From Bacteroidales bacterium (GTDB taxonomy: Bacteria > Bacteroidota > Bacteroidia > Bacteroidales > DTU049), in contig DAOPKE010000002.1 in NCBI GenBank assembly GCA_035390965.1, positions 26,629 through 89,841 on the forward strand: DNA of 63,213 nucleotides, written 5' to 3'. This document shows positions 46,815-57,405 of this stretch, piece by piece (the stretch's first letter is position 1; each line of letters starts with the position of its first letter). The notes under the pieces were generated by a model that was not told where the DNA came from, did no database searches, and saw nothing but the letters and a program-made list of their open reading frames with translations. Made by a program: the position numbers and the translations under genes.

Positions 46815-48209
46815 TTATAATCCAAAACCATAGTATGCTTTCATTCCATTGGGATAAACGCCTTCAATCAGGACGCCACCGCTTTTTCCTGACAATGCAT
46901 TTTCTATATCTTCCACGGAATAAATAATGGTTTGATCGATTTTGGTAACGATAAAACTTTCTTTTATTCCGGCATTTTTCAATGCGCCTTCGTTCAATTC
47001 AGAAATCTGCATACCATTTATAAGCCGCAAACGACTCATTGTTTGCTGATCTGGTTCTGAAAAGGTTGCCCCCATAAAAGTAGATAAAGCAGGATCTTCT
47101 TTTTTTAGCAACACTTTTTCACCTCTACGGTTTAATAAAGTAACCGGTTTGGAAATGGTTTTATTTCCCCTTTCAATTTCCAACAACAGTTTATCCCCCG
47201 GATGCTTTTCAGCGATCAGCTCCAGGAGCCGGCTTGAGCTATTCACCTCTTCACCGCCGACTGACAGGATGACATCGCCCGCTTCGATTCCGGCCTCAAT
47301 AGCCGCCCCTCCATCACTCACCGCCGAAACATATACACCTTTCATACTCGATAAGCCATACTGTTTGGCAGTAGCAGCAGTAATATCAACAATATCAGCA
47401 CCCAGATAAGCTCTTTGCACCATACCGTATTCCTTCAGATCAGAAACCACTTTACTGGCAATATTTGAAGGGATGGCAAATGAATATCCTGAATAAGAGC
47501 CCGTATTGCTTGCTATGGCCGCATTGATGCCAATCAGCTCTCCTTTGGTGTTTACAAGTGCACCCCCGCTGTTTCCGGGATTGACAGCAGCATCGGTCTG
47601 AATAAAAGATTCAACCGAACTACCTCCGCCAAGGATGTTTATGTTTCTGGCTTTGGCGCTCACAATCCCGGCTGTCACGGTATTTGTCAGATTGAATGGA
47701 TTTCCAACAGCCAGCACCCATTCACCGATTTTCACCTGGTCGGAATTACCGAAAATCAGAAACGGGAGATTTTTCTCATCAATTTTGATCAATGCCAGAT
47801 CAGTCGATGGATCAAGCCCAACAACAGTGGCCACAAATTCTCTTTTATCATTCAGCGTTACTGATATCTGTTCAGCATCCTGAACAACATGATTGTTGGT
47901 TACAATATATCCATCATCGCTTACGATAACACCACTTCCGGTTGCATTAATCGGATATTGCTGCGAAAAGGGCTGTACATTAAAAAAATCATAAAAAGGT
48001 GCAAAAAAATCATCATAATACGCATTTTTACGCGTGAAAGAAGTCTTGATATGAACCACTGCCGGCACCGATTTATCAGCCGCCATTGTAAAATCAACAG
48101 GGTCACCGGGCACAGGTTTCATCATCGGTTCAGCCAGCATTATTTCTGTCGAAAAAATCAAAAAAAACACACCGGCCATCATCCGGAACACTATTTCTCT
48201 CTTTTTCAT
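46815..48209 (-). CDS. HtrA/DegP/DegQ family periplasmic serine endoprotease with two PDZ domains
   Basis: ORF 46815-48215; the ATG at 48209 gives MKKREIVF. The catalytic contexts are TNNHVV (His), DLALI (Asp) and GNSGGAL (Ser). Confidence 0.92.
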   Translation of the reverse strand: MKKREIVFRMMAGVFFLIFSTEIMLAEPMMKPVPGDPVDFTMAADKSVPAVVHIKTSFTRKNAYYDDFFAPFYDFFNVQPFSQQYPINATGSGVIVSDDGYIVTNNHVVQDAEQISVTLNDKREFVATVVGLDPSTDLALIKIDEKNLPFLIFGNSDQVKIGEWVLAVGNPFNLTNTVTAGIVSAKARNINILGGGSSVESFIQTDAAVNPGNSGGALVNTKGELIGINAAIASNTGSYSGYSFAIPSNIASKVVSDLKEYGMVQRAYLGADIVDITAATAKQYGLSSMKGVYVSAVSDGGAAIEAGIEAGDVILSVGGEEVNSSSRLLELIAEKHPGDKLLLEIERGNKTISKPVTLLNRRGEKVLLKKEDPALSTFMGATFSEPDQQTMSRLRLINGMQISELNEGALKNAGIKESFIVTKIDQTIIYSVEDIENALSGKSGGVLIEGVYPNGMKAYYGFGL

Positions 48210-48396
48210 AATCAATCTGTTTATTTTCTCTTTCCAAATTTTGTTCCTTTCAGAATCATCACAGATAACGCCGATAAGTCCTTTTTATTGTATTCATGGG
48301 CTTTCCAGACTATCCAAAAAATAATCAACTTCGGAAATATTTATGTACTTTTGCAATGCAAAGTGACAATTTGTCACTGCAAATATTATTCATTCA

Positions 48397-49134
48397 ATGA
48401 CAGGGGACAGCAGCAAACATCATCGAAAACATCTGAACCGCTCATTCATCACCGGAATGATTATGGGAGCAGCATTGTTGCTGGGCGCTTACTTCACATA
48501 TCTGCTTATTACCAACGACGAGCAGGAAAGCATCAGCAGAAAAACAGCGACCGTCAAAAACGATTCAATTCCCCCGCTCTACAATCTGACCGGATTTCCC
48601 CGAATCCTGTTCGACAGCTCATTACAAAATATCGACAGTTCATATTATATCAACAAATGGAATCAGCTGATTGAAATGAACGGATACCGCGAAATGGACT
48701 CCCTCTTTATCGATTCTGTCATCCGCAAAATGTATTTCGACTCCATCCGGGCGGTTTCCGATGTATCTGCTGATACCATCATTCTGCAAAACGACCGCTT
48801 GATAGCAACAAAAAACATCAATGTCAGAATTCAAAAAAAACTGCTGCTGAATGAAGATACAACAGGTTCAGACTACATATATTCCGACGCGAAATTTATC
48901 ATTGAATTCTGGGAATCACCCATTAAATTCAGAGGATTTAAAAGAACAACAAATTATGTGGTTTTATTTGGCCTGAATCCGGAAAAAACGACAACATTTC
49001 TACAAATCGACAACATCCTGTATATCCGCGAAAAGCAAATCTGGTACGCTATTCCTTGTTCTCCCGAATTTTCGGGACTGGCACCTGTTACGTCACCTCA
49101 ACTGCTTTCAAAAATCAATGCTGCCAACAAATAA
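48397..49134 (+). CDS. Hypothetical membrane-anchored protein
   Basis: 245 aa with an N-terminal TM segment (ITGMIMGAALLLGAYFTYLLI). I recognise no domain. Confidence 0.55.
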   Translation: MTGDSSKHHRKHLNRSFITGMIMGAALLLGAYFTYLLITNDEQESISRKTATVKNDSIPPLYNLTGFPRILFDSSLQNIDSSYYINKWNQLIEMNGYREMDSLFIDSVIRKMYFDSIRAVSDVSADTIILQNDRLIATKNINVRIQKKLLLNEDTTGSDYIYSDAKFIIEFWESPIKFRGFKRTTNYVVLFGLNPEKTTTFLQIDNILYIREKQIWYAIPCSPEFSGLAPVTSPQLLSKINAANK

Positions 49135-49144
49135 AAACCTGCGT

Positions 49145-49912
49145 ATGAACACAGCATATAAATTTCACGGCGCCGGCAATGATTTTATCCTGATCGATTG
49201 TTTTGAAAAAAAAGAGTTGTTTTCTGAAAAAGAGATTGAAGCGTTATGTAACAGACACACCGGAATCGGAGCCGACGGGCTCATTCTGATAGAAAAAACA
49301 AACAAAGCTTCTTTCAAAATGATTTATTTCAACTCCGACGGCAAAGAAGCTGAGATGTGTGGAAACGGCGCACGATGCGCTTTTGCATTTGCTTTCTCGA
49401 AAAAATACTGCACCATCAATGATTCTTTCGAAGCCAGTGACGGTTTGCATATGGGAAGCATTATCCAAAACAATACTCACGACTGGATTGTTCGTATCAC
49501 ATTGAATGTAAACATTGAACCCCGTGAAATAGAAGATGGCTCTTTCTTTGCCAATACCGGCGTTCCGCACAATGTAAGAATAACAAAAAACGTCAGCGGC
49601 ATTGATGTAAAAACCGAAGGATTAAAACTGCGATACAACAAAAAACTATTCCCCGACGGAGCCAATATCAACTTTGTTGAAATCAAAGACAACGAATTAT
49701 ACATCCGCACATACGAACGCGGCGTGGAAGAAGAAACACTGGCCTGTGGCACCGGAATAACGGCCTCCGCTTTGGTGGCAAATGCATTTTTCGGGCTTAA
49801 GTTTCCTATTACAATTCATGCAATAGGGGGACTTCTTCGCGTTGAAAAACAAAACGGATGGCTATGGCTCGAAGGCCCAGCCAGTCATGTATTCACATCA
49901 AATTATTTCTGA
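49145..49912 (+). CDS. dapF: Diaminopimelate epimerase
   Basis: ORF 49118-49912; the likely start is MNTAYKFHGAGNDFILID at 49145. Both catalytic Cys contexts are present (MCGNGARC and TLACGTG). Confidence 0.92.
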   Translation: MNTAYKFHGAGNDFILIDCFEKKELFSEKEIEALCNRHTGIGADGLILIEKTNKASFKMIYFNSDGKEAEMCGNGARCAFAFAFSKKYCTINDSFEASDGLHMGSIIQNNTHDWIVRITLNVNIEPREIEDGSFFANTGVPHNVRITKNVSGIDVKTEGLKLRYNKKLFPDGANINFVEIKDNELYIRTYERGVEEETLACGTGITASALVANAFFGLKFPITIHAIGGLLRVEKQNGWLWLEGPASHVFTSNYF

Positions 49913-49917
49913 TTTTT

Positions 49918-50448
49918 ATGCTGAATGGATCCGTTGCTTTCTTGCGAACACCCGACATATCAGATGTTCAATTCATGCTTGACATTGAAAACAACGAGCG
50001 TTACTGGCATCTGAGCGGCGTCACTTCGCCTTACAGCAAAAAAGATATTGAACAATTTATTAATGAATCATCATCGAATCTCAAAACAGACTGTCAACTG
50101 CGCCTTGTCATCATTGATATTTCAACAAAAAAGCGGGCCGGACTACTCGATGTATTTGAATATGAGCCATTGCACAAACGCGCCGGAATCGGCATATTCC
50201 TGTTGGAAGAATTCCGTGGACACGGGCTTGCAAGCGATGCCCTGCGTGTTCTGATACAATATCTTTTCAAAATCATGAAATTGCATCAATTGTGGTGCAA
50301 CATTCTTACTGAAAATACAGAAAGCATGAAATTGTTTAATGGCGCAGGTTTTAATCAAACAGCCATTAAAAAGGACTGGATATTCCATAATGGCAAATTT
50401 CACGATGAAGCCATATTTCAATTGATAAATCCGAATCACAGGGTATGA
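49918..50448 (+). CDS. GNAT family N-acetyltransferase (RimJ/RimL-like)
   Basis: ORF 49858-50448; the likely start is MLNGSVAFLRT at 49918. The acetyl-CoA motif FRGHGLASDAL is present. Confidence 0.8.
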   Translation: MLNGSVAFLRTPDISDVQFMLDIENNERYWHLSGVTSPYSKKDIEQFINESSSNLKTDCQLRLVIIDISTKKRAGLLDVFEYEPLHKRAGIGIFLLEEFRGHGLASDALRVLIQYLFKIMKLHQLWCNILTENTESMKLFNGAGFNQTAIKKDWIFHNGKFHDEAIFQLINPNHRV

Positions 50449-51494
50449 AAAAAAAACTGATTTTCATTGTTCTTGCATTATTGATGGTTGTTGGTATTAC
50501 CGGGGCCTGGTATGTTTATACAAAAGCTTTTAGTGACAATATAAACCTGAAAGCAAAAACCAAAAAAATAATTTTTCTACCAACCGGCGGAAATATTCAA
50601 AACCTATACGACACCTTAAAAAAACACGAAATCCTGAAAAGTTTTTCTTCTTTTAAAATGCTGGCAGAATACAAAAAGCTCGATAAAAAATATAAGCCCG
50701 GGCGTTATCAGATTGCCGCAGGCATGAGCAATAATGCACTGGTGAACATGTTTGCGAGCGGACGGCAAACACCTGTTAAAATCACTTTCAACAATATCCG
50801 AACACGCAAAGATTTGGCTGAGCGAATAGGAACACAGCTGGAATGTGGTGAAGAGGCATTGCTGAAAATATTAAACGATGAGAAAACAGCTGAAAAATAC
50901 GGATTAAATAAAGACAATTTTCTTGTATTGTTCATCCCCAACACCTACGAATTTTACTGGAACACGAGTGCTGATCAGTTTATCGACCGCATGCACTCGG
51001 AATGGAAAAAATTCTGGACAGCTGAACGCCTGCAAAAAGCCGAAAACATTGGGCTCACTCCTGCCGAAGTTTCAGTGCTGGCTTCGATTGTAAAAGGCGA
51101 AACAAACAAAAGCGACGAGATGGATAAAATTGCCGGAGTGTATATCAATCGACTGAAAGATGGATGGAAGTTGCAGGCCGATCCGACTGTTGTTTTTGGC
51201 ATCGGCGATTTCACCATTACCCGTGTGTTGAAAAAACATCTGGAATACGATTCGCCTTACAACACTTACATGTACGAAGGACTGCCGCCGGGACCCATCA
51301 ACTTACCCGATGCAACAGTGATTGACAAAGTGTTGAATTACACACACCACAACTACATGTATTTTTGTGCCAGAGAAGACTTTTCGGGATATCACAATTT
51401 TGCTGTTACATCAAGCCAGCATAGTGCCAATGCGCGCAAATATCAGCAGGCATTGAATGCATGGGAAAAGAAGAAAAAGGACTCGGGAAAATAA
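50445..51494 (+). CDS. mltG: Endolytic murein transglycosylase MltG (YceG-like)
   Basis: 349 aa with an N-terminal TM anchor. The YceG core is VLASIVKGET...YINRL...LQADPTVVF...YNTYMYEGLPPGPI. Confidence 0.9.
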   Translation: MKKKLIFIVLALLMVVGITGAWYVYTKAFSDNINLKAKTKKIIFLPTGGNIQNLYDTLKKHEILKSFSSFKMLAEYKKLDKKYKPGRYQIAAGMSNNALVNMFASGRQTPVKITFNNIRTRKDLAERIGTQLECGEEALLKILNDEKTAEKYGLNKDNFLVLFIPNTYEFYWNTSADQFIDRMHSEWKKFWTAERLQKAENIGLTPAEVSVLASIVKGETNKSDEMDKIAGVYINRLKDGWKLQADPTVVFGIGDFTITRVLKKHLEYDSPYNTYMYEGLPPGPINLPDATVIDKVLNYTHHNYMYFCAREDFSGYHNFAVTSSQHSANARKYQQALNAWEKKKKDSGK

Positions 51495-51527
51495 TTCGAA
51501 ATAATTTATCAGAGCTGTCCTGATAAC

Positions 51528-52232
51528 TTATTCTGCGCCATTTCGCAATGATTCAAGTGCTTTTTCGGCAGCATTTTGCTCGGCACCTTTTATGCTATAG
51601 TCAATACCCCGACTCCGGGCTTCGCCATCAATACGGGCTTCGCACACATACTGTCGTTTACGTCCTGTCTGAATTTCATCGACAATACTGAATTCCAGAT
51701 TCAGTCGTTCTTTTTGACAAAATTCAATCAGTTTGCTTTTAAAATTGGTCTCGGTACTGATAATAGCATCCGCATCTATTCTTCGTCCAAAAATAAAACT
51801 GACCAATAAATTCTGCGCAAAACCATAGCCCTTATCGAGATAAACAGCGCCAAAAAAAGCTTCCAGTGCATTTCCCGTATAAGCATTATTGGCGGGTACA
51901 CGGCTCATCGTAACCAAACGTCCAACACCAAGTTTTTCGGCGATTTTATTAAGTGAATTGCGACTCACCACACGCGAACGCATTTCGGTCAAAACACCCT
52001 CGTCGGCAAATGGAAATTTCTTAAATAAATAATCAGCAACAATAACACTAATCACAGCATCGCCCAGATATTCGAGCCGTTCATTGGAAATTTCATGACC
52101 ATTTCGTTCCACATGCGCTGATTTATGCATAAAAGCAAGTTCGTATAAAAAAATATTTCCGGGCCGGAACCCGAAAATATTTTTTATGCTTTTTGAAAGT
52201 TCGTCAGCGTGTTTCTTTCTGAAAATTCCCAC
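51528..52232 (-). CDS. rnc: Ribonuclease III
   Basis: 234 aa with the RNase III signature ERLEYLGDAV and a C-terminal dsRBD. The GTG start overlaps the fabF stop (TAGTG). Confidence 0.92.
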   Translation of the reverse strand: MGIFRKKHADELSKSIKNIFGFRPGNIFLYELAFMHKSAHVERNGHEISNERLEYLGDAVISVIVADYLFKKFPFADEGVLTEMRSRVVSRNSLNKIAEKLGVGRLVTMSRVPANNAYTGNALEAFFGAVYLDKGYGFAQNLLVSFIFGRRIDADAIISTETNFKSKLIEFCQKERLNLEFSIVDEIQTGRKRQYVCEARIDGEARSRGIDYSIKGAEQNAAEKALESLRNGAE

Positions 52233-53485
52233 TATTCAAATTTTTTGAAAGCAAGGCAAACATTGTGCCCACCAAAGCCAAAAGTATTACTCAAAGCATA
52301 GGTGATATTGCGTTCTTTTACCTTGTCATAGGTGAAATCGAGAGAAGAATCAATTTCCGGATCATCGGTAAAATGATTGATGGTTGCCGGAATAATTCCG
52401 TTTTTCAAAGAAAGAACAACGGCAATAGCTTCGATGGCACCGGCAGCGCCCAACAAATGGCCGTGCATTGATTTGGTGGAGTTGATTGAAATTTTCGGTG
52501 CATGTTCACCAAAAAGAGAGACGATTGCTTTTGGTTCAGCAATATCGCCTACCGGAGTCGAAGTTCCATGCGTGTTGATATGATCAACATCGTTGGGAGT
52601 GATTCCTGCATCTTTAATGGCCGTTTGCATAGCCGTGCGGGCACCTTCTCCTTCGGGATGCGGAGCAGTAAGATGATAAGCATCGGCAGAAAGACCAAAT
52701 CCCACTACTTCAGCATATATTTTTGCACCACGTTTCACCGCATGCTCATACTCTTCAAGGACCAGACCTGCACCGCCTTCACCCAGAACAAAACCATCAC
52801 GATCTTTATCGAAAGGACGTGAAGCCGTTTTAGGATCATCGTTACGCGTAGAGATTGCATGCATAGCATTGAAACCGCCAATACCGCCCTGATTAATGGC
52901 GGCTTCGGAGCCACCGGCAACCATGGCATCAGCATAGCCGTGCCGTACAAGCATAATGGCATCCGCAATGGCATTGGCCGAAGATGCGCAAGCTGAAACA
53001 GTACAGTAATTAGGGCCTTTCAGGCCATTAATCATGCTGATATGACCGGCAGTAATGTCGGCAATCATTTTAGGAATAAAAAAAGGATTGAAGCGGGGTG
53101 TTCCATCGCCTTTGGCAAATTCGGAGACCTCTTCGTAAAAAGTGATCAATCCGCCAATACCACTGGCCCAAACTACACCAATGCGTGAACAATCCTCCTG
53201 CTCAAGGTTTAAACCTGAGTCTTTAATGGCCTCATTGGCACTTATGATTCCGAACTGAGAAACCAAGTCATATTTTCTGACCTCTTTCCGGTCAAAAAAC
53301 TGGGTTGAATCATAATTCTTTACTTCACAGGCAATCTGTGTCTTGAATTTTGATGCATCAAACCTGGTAATCGTTCCACAACCACTTACTCCGTTGAGTA
53401 AACTGTCCCAGAATTCAGGGACAGTGTTACCAATCGGAGTAATTGCGCCAAGGCCAGTTACTACAACTCGCCTTTTATTCATCAA
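52232..53485 (-). CDS. fabF: Beta-ketoacyl-ACP synthase II
   Basis: 417 aa with the active-site Cys in SACASSANAI and the His contexts INTHGTSTPVGD and GHLLGAAG. Confidence 0.95.
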   Translation of the reverse strand: MMNKRRVVVTGLGAITPIGNTVPEFWDSLLNGVSGCGTITRFDASKFKTQIACEVKNYDSTQFFDRKEVRKYDLVSQFGIISANEAIKDSGLNLEQEDCSRIGVVWASGIGGLITFYEEVSEFAKGDGTPRFNPFFIPKMIADITAGHISMINGLKGPNYCTVSACASSANAIADAIMLVRHGYADAMVAGGSEAAINQGGIGGFNAMHAISTRNDDPKTASRPFDKDRDGFVLGEGGAGLVLEEYEHAVKRGAKIYAEVVGFGLSADAYHLTAPHPEGEGARTAMQTAIKDAGITPNDVDHINTHGTSTPVGDIAEPKAIVSLFGEHAPKISINSTKSMHGHLLGAAGAIEAIAVVLSLKNGIIPATINHFTDDPEIDSSLDFTYDKVKERNITYALSNTFGFGGHNVCLAFKKFE

Positions 53486-53494
53486 ATACAGTTT

Positions 53495-53731
53495 TTACTT
53501 TTTGTTTTCTTCAATGTACTTGATCGCTTCACCTACGGTGCCGATCTTTTCTGCCTGGTCGTCCGGAATCTGGAGTTCGAAAGCTTTTTCGAATTCCATG
53601 ATCAGTTCAACCTGGTCGAGTGAATCAGCGCCCAGATCATTTGTGAAGCTGGCTTCTGGTTTAACTTCAGCTGCGTCGACACCTAATTTGTCAACGATAA
53701 TGGCTTTTACTTTTTCTGCAATTTCTGACAT
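53495..53731 (-). CDS. acpP: Acyl carrier protein
   Basis: 78 aa with the phosphopantetheine attachment motif [11 protein letters not shown]. Confidence 0.95.
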   Translation of the reverse strand: MSEIAEKVKAIIVDKLGVDAAEVKPEASFTNDLGADSLDQVELIMEFEKAFELQIPDDQAEKIGTVGEAIKYIEENKK

Positions 53732-53883
53732 GTTTTCCTGATTTTAGTAAAACAAGGCGCAAAGTAACAACTTTTAAACATCATGGCAAAATTTAGGTTG
53801 AGAAATAATACTTAAATTGCCTCTATCTTATTATAAATCTGCATCTTACACATATAGCATCAAAACTCTACCTTATAATTACT

Positions 53884-53919
53884 AAAAAAGGCGAATTGTT
53901 GTCAATCCGCCTTTTTTTT
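53884..53919 (-). terminator. Candidate bidirectional terminator after the 1089-aa T9SS gene
   Basis: aaaaaaGGCG-(14 nt)-CGCCtttttttt has a short GC stem extended by A/T pairs. Confidence 0.45.
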
Positions 53920-53933
53920 ATCCGATATTACTA

Positions 53934-56900
53934 TTAATTCTTAAGAATCAATCTGTTGAAAAATGTTTTTCCATTTGCATCAATCCTGAAAAGATACGCT
54001 CCTTGTGCCCGGCCATGCAGGTCAATGCTGATATCCCGTTGCTCTGAATATTTTTTCCATAATATCAGCTTTCCTTCAGTATCATAAACATAATACTCGC
54101 CTGATGCAGGTGTATCACCCAATTGGATATTAAATATACCCGATGATGGATTCGGAAAAATATCCGGTTTTATTGACCCACTTTCATCGACGCCAGTCAG
54201 CACTGTCAATACTGCACCATTGCTTGTTACACTACCACAAGTGCCCGTAACAACACAGCTATAAGTGCCAAAATCGGCAGAAGTAACATTCAAAATCTGC
54301 AATGTAGCACTCGTTGCTCCAGAAATATTGCCTCCATTCGAAATATTTACATTGTTTTTCTTCCACTGATATGTTAGGGAGCCACCCGAAGCACCAACTG
54401 TAAGCGAAACATCATCTCCTTCAAATACATTGACACTGGCTGGCTGCGAGGTTATTAACGTGGCTGCATTCACCATCAATACTGCGCCACTACTCAATTC
54501 GCTGCCAAATGCATTGGACACCAGGCAACGGTACGTTGCGGCATCACTGGCCGATACCGATGCAATGGTATAGGTTGACATAGTAGCACCAGCAATATTT
54601 ACCCCATTCTTTTGCCACTGATAAGTAATTGTTGGATCACCCGATGCAGTAACAGTAAATGAAACCGACGTTCCCGGACAGGCAGAAGTGCTTACCGGAT
54701 CAGTCACTACTGCAGCCGCTGTACCGGCCGCCACTGTGGAATTAAATTCCAGATCATCCATCCAGAACATAAACATATCGGTTGAAACATGCCTTATAGC
54801 AAGATAAATGGTTTGATTATCATATGCCGACAAACTGTAGGTATGCTGTGTCCATGTGGCAGGAGCTTCAACAACAGCGGACAGAGCAGTGAAACTGGCC
54901 GGCTGATTATCGGTTGTTGATATCATAATCTGATATGAATTATTTCCCCAGGTACTGGGTTTGGGACTAAGTACCCAAAGCGAGAAGCTTGAATTGGTAC
55001 CTAAAGCCATGGCCGGAGATATAAACCAGTCGTCGCTGGTAGATTGATCAGAGGGACAAATAGCCATTCCGCACCGTGAACCACCATGTGCAACATCGCC
55101 CTGAGCTGCAGTCCAGCCAGAGAGTGATGGATTCATGCACATATAAGCAAACGCAGTACCCTCGCCAGTAAATGTTGCATCGCCACTTGAATAGGTAGCA
55201 AGTCCGTCTTGATCTGCAGTAGTCCACGGAGCAAAATCAGTAGTATAATCGGTTGAAGATTCGAAATCAAGTGTAAACGGATAGGTTGAGCCACCTGTTG
55301 CAAAAGTTGTCGCATTGTCCGTTACGCCGGTACTCCAGGTATAACTTCCGGTATTGGTCCATGCCTTGTAATAGTAAGTTGTTGAAGGATTCAACCCTGT
55401 ATGGTTAAATGTTGTTGCTGACCCATAATAAATCACATTTCCACCACCGGTAATGGTATTCCCCGCCACATAAGCAGTGCCATCAACCGGAGTTCCAAAA
55501 GAATTTGTAGTGTTCCATGCTACCAAAACGGGATTGCTGTTACTGTTGAGCAACCAGCTCAATTCAATTTCTGAAGAAGAAACTGCAGTTGCATCAAAAT
55601 TGCTTACGTCAGTGGGTGTTCCGGCAGGCAACTGAAATGAATAAATACGAGTTTCCTGGCCACTGGTCGAAGCACAATACTGACCGGTATGCCAAAACGT
55701 AACGCCATCCGGATCGAGCGAAGTTTGCGAATAATCGCCAAAACGATTAACTCCGCTTTGTGAAGCATTACCGGCAATAGCCGTACTTTCGGCAAAAGTC
55801 ATAGTTCCCAGGGGATCCGATGCCAGGCGACCCGTATAATACAAACCCGGATTGGTTGTGGTTGAAGATTTGGCATAACAAAGCGCAATGCTGCCATTAT
55901 CATCCATAGCTGCACTGCTCATCCAGCGGGTATCGCTGTCGGGCTGATAAATTCCCTGTTGATACATGCTCCATGTTCCGGAAGTCTGCCGTAACTCGCA
56001 CCAATATATGGCTCTCACGCGAGGGCTGTTTGAAATCAGCACACCCCAGGTAAGCACAACACTATTATATCCGCTCCAGGAGCGCCATGGAGCCCTATAC
56101 ATCAAAACGCCGCCAATACCGTCAAGATATTGCCCATTGGGCTGCGGAACATCGTTCCAGCTTGACTGATAAGAAGCATCGAATGAATTTGTGTTGACAG
56201 AAGTGGGGCCGCTTACTGTAACTGAAGGTGTTGTACCCCAGCTTGTGGTTGCAGTCCAGATTTTCACAGCATCGTTTCCGGTTCCCCATGCATTATCAAA
56301 GTAGCTGAAAAATGGCAGCGGTGTTCCACTTGCCGGCAAGGCATCGTCGTCTGCCGCATCGGCAGGCAGCGGAATGAAAAAAGAAGAAACTGAACCAGTT
56401 GAGAAATTCGAATATGTCATTCTTGCCGACGAACTTCCTGTAAGCATGGCGCTTCTTTCAAAAACATGGATTTTGTCTGAAGACTGATTGGCAGTCATAT
56501 AATAGCCGTCCTGCCAGATGGAAAATTTCAGGTAATCAGGAAATTCGGTGGAATTAAATGTCCATGTATAATAAGAACCGGTGGGATCGGCAGTTTGAGA
56601 AACAGCAATGTAAATTTGTGTACTTGATCCAAATTGAGCAAGGAACCAGCGATCGGCAAATTTATCGTACATCACAATCGGGTCACCGGCATTGGATGAT
56701 GAACCCCATAAGGTACCCAATTGGAATGATTCCTGCTCCACTCCGGTTTTGTTGAAAATCCTGACAGTTGTAGCATTTACCATTTGTACATAATGATTCG
56801 GGCCAACAGCACCGGTGGGATCCGGTGGATATGCCGAACTGGTTACACCAGCCCAGTTTTGCAATGTGGCTTTGGTTCCGACTGTCCTTTTTCCCATTGA

Positions 56901-57203
56901 GGTCTGAACTATCGCCGGATCATTCCCGTATTCAGGACCATCCTCGGCCGAATAAACAAATGTTTGCGCCGGTCTGTTTTTCCTGTCATTCGAAACCCAG
57001 GGTATGGTTGTAAAATCGGGCTCCACATAGGGTTGCTCATCAATCAGTTCGCTCAAAGGCCTGGTTACAGCAAACGATGATGCATACACAAAACCCGACT
57101 CGCTATTGTTTGGCCGGGATTTGGATTCGTTCTGCGCTTTCAGCGACAATCCTGAAAAAGCAAAACAGAAAGAGAGAAGTAATGGTAAAATGTGAACTTT
57201 CAT
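53934..57203 (-). CDS. T9SS-secreted multidomain protein, paralogous in its N-terminal domain to the giant protein at 33490
   Basis: ORF 53934-57407. The ATG at 57203 gives the signal peptide MKVHILPLLLSFCFAFSGLSLKAQ. Domain order: conserved N-terminal domain, FN3-like, choice-of-anchor-J/MAM-like (FTLDFES...WMDDLEF), two Ig I-set-like modules (YQWQKNG...ATYRC) and a T9SS C-terminal sorting domain (IFPNPSSGIFNI...YLFRI). Confidence 0.9.
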   Translation of the reverse strand: MKVHILPLLLSFCFAFSGLSLKAQNESKSRPNNSESGFVYASSFAVTRPLSELIDEQPYVEPDFTTIPWVSNDRKNRPAQTFVYSAEDGPEYGNDPAIVQTSMGKRTVGTKATLQNWAGVTSSAYPPDPTGAVGPNHYVQMVNATTVRIFNKTGVEQESFQLGTLWGSSSNAGDPIVMYDKFADRWFLAQFGSSTQIYIAVSQTADPTGSYYTWTFNSTEFPDYLKFSIWQDGYYMTANQSSDKIHVFERSAMLTGSSSARMTYSNFSTGSVSSFFIPLPADAADDDALPASGTPLPFFSYFDNAWGTGNDAVKIWTATTSWGTTPSVTVSGPTSVNTNSFDASYQSSWNDVPQPNGQYLDGIGGVLMYRAPWRSWSGYNSVVLTWGVLISNSPRVRAIYWCELRQTSGTWSMYQQGIYQPDSDTRWMSSAAMDDNGSIALCYAKSSTTTNPGLYYTGRLASDPLGTMTFAESTAIAGNASQSGVNRFGDYSQTSLDPDGVTFWHTGQYCASTSGQETRIYSFQLPAGTPTDVSNFDATAVSSSEIELSWLLNSNSNPVLVAWNTTNSFGTPVDGTAYVAGNTITGGGNVIYYGSATTFNHTGLNPSTTYYYKAWTNTGSYTWSTGVTDNATTFATGGSTYPFTLDFESSTDYTTDFAPWTTADQDGLATYSSGDATFTGEGTAFAYMCMNPSLSGWTAAQGDVAHGGSRCGMAICPSDQSTSDDWFISPAMALGTNSSFSLWVLSPKPSTWGNNSYQIMISTTDNQPASFTALSAVVEAPATWTQHTYSLSAYDNQTIYLAIRHVSTDMFMFWMDDLEFNSTVAAGTAAAVVTDPVSTSACPGTSVSFTVTASGDPTITYQWQKNGVNIAGATMSTYTIASVSASDAATYRCLVSNAFGSELSSGAVLMVNAATLITSQPASVNVFEGDDVSLTVGASGGSLTYQWKKNNVNISNGGNISGATSATLQILNVTSADFGTYSCVVTGTCGSVTSNGAVLTVLTGVDESGSIKPDIFPNPSSGIFNIQLGDTPASGEYYVYDTEGKLILWKKYSEQRDISIDLHGRAQGAYLFRIDANGKTFFNRLILKN

Positions 57204-57405
57204 GGGGCTTTGTTTTTTTCTTGACTTGTTAGACAGATTTTTTCGGTTTTGGTTGGCACTATGGTTTGTAAATTTTTCTGAAATAGTTAACCAACTGTTT
57301 CTATTATTGCTATTTTTGTTCTTCTTATAATAATTGACCCCGCTTTGTGTTATTTGAAAACCGCCAAGGTCATTATTGTCAACTAACCGTTCACTCTTTT
57401 TGTTC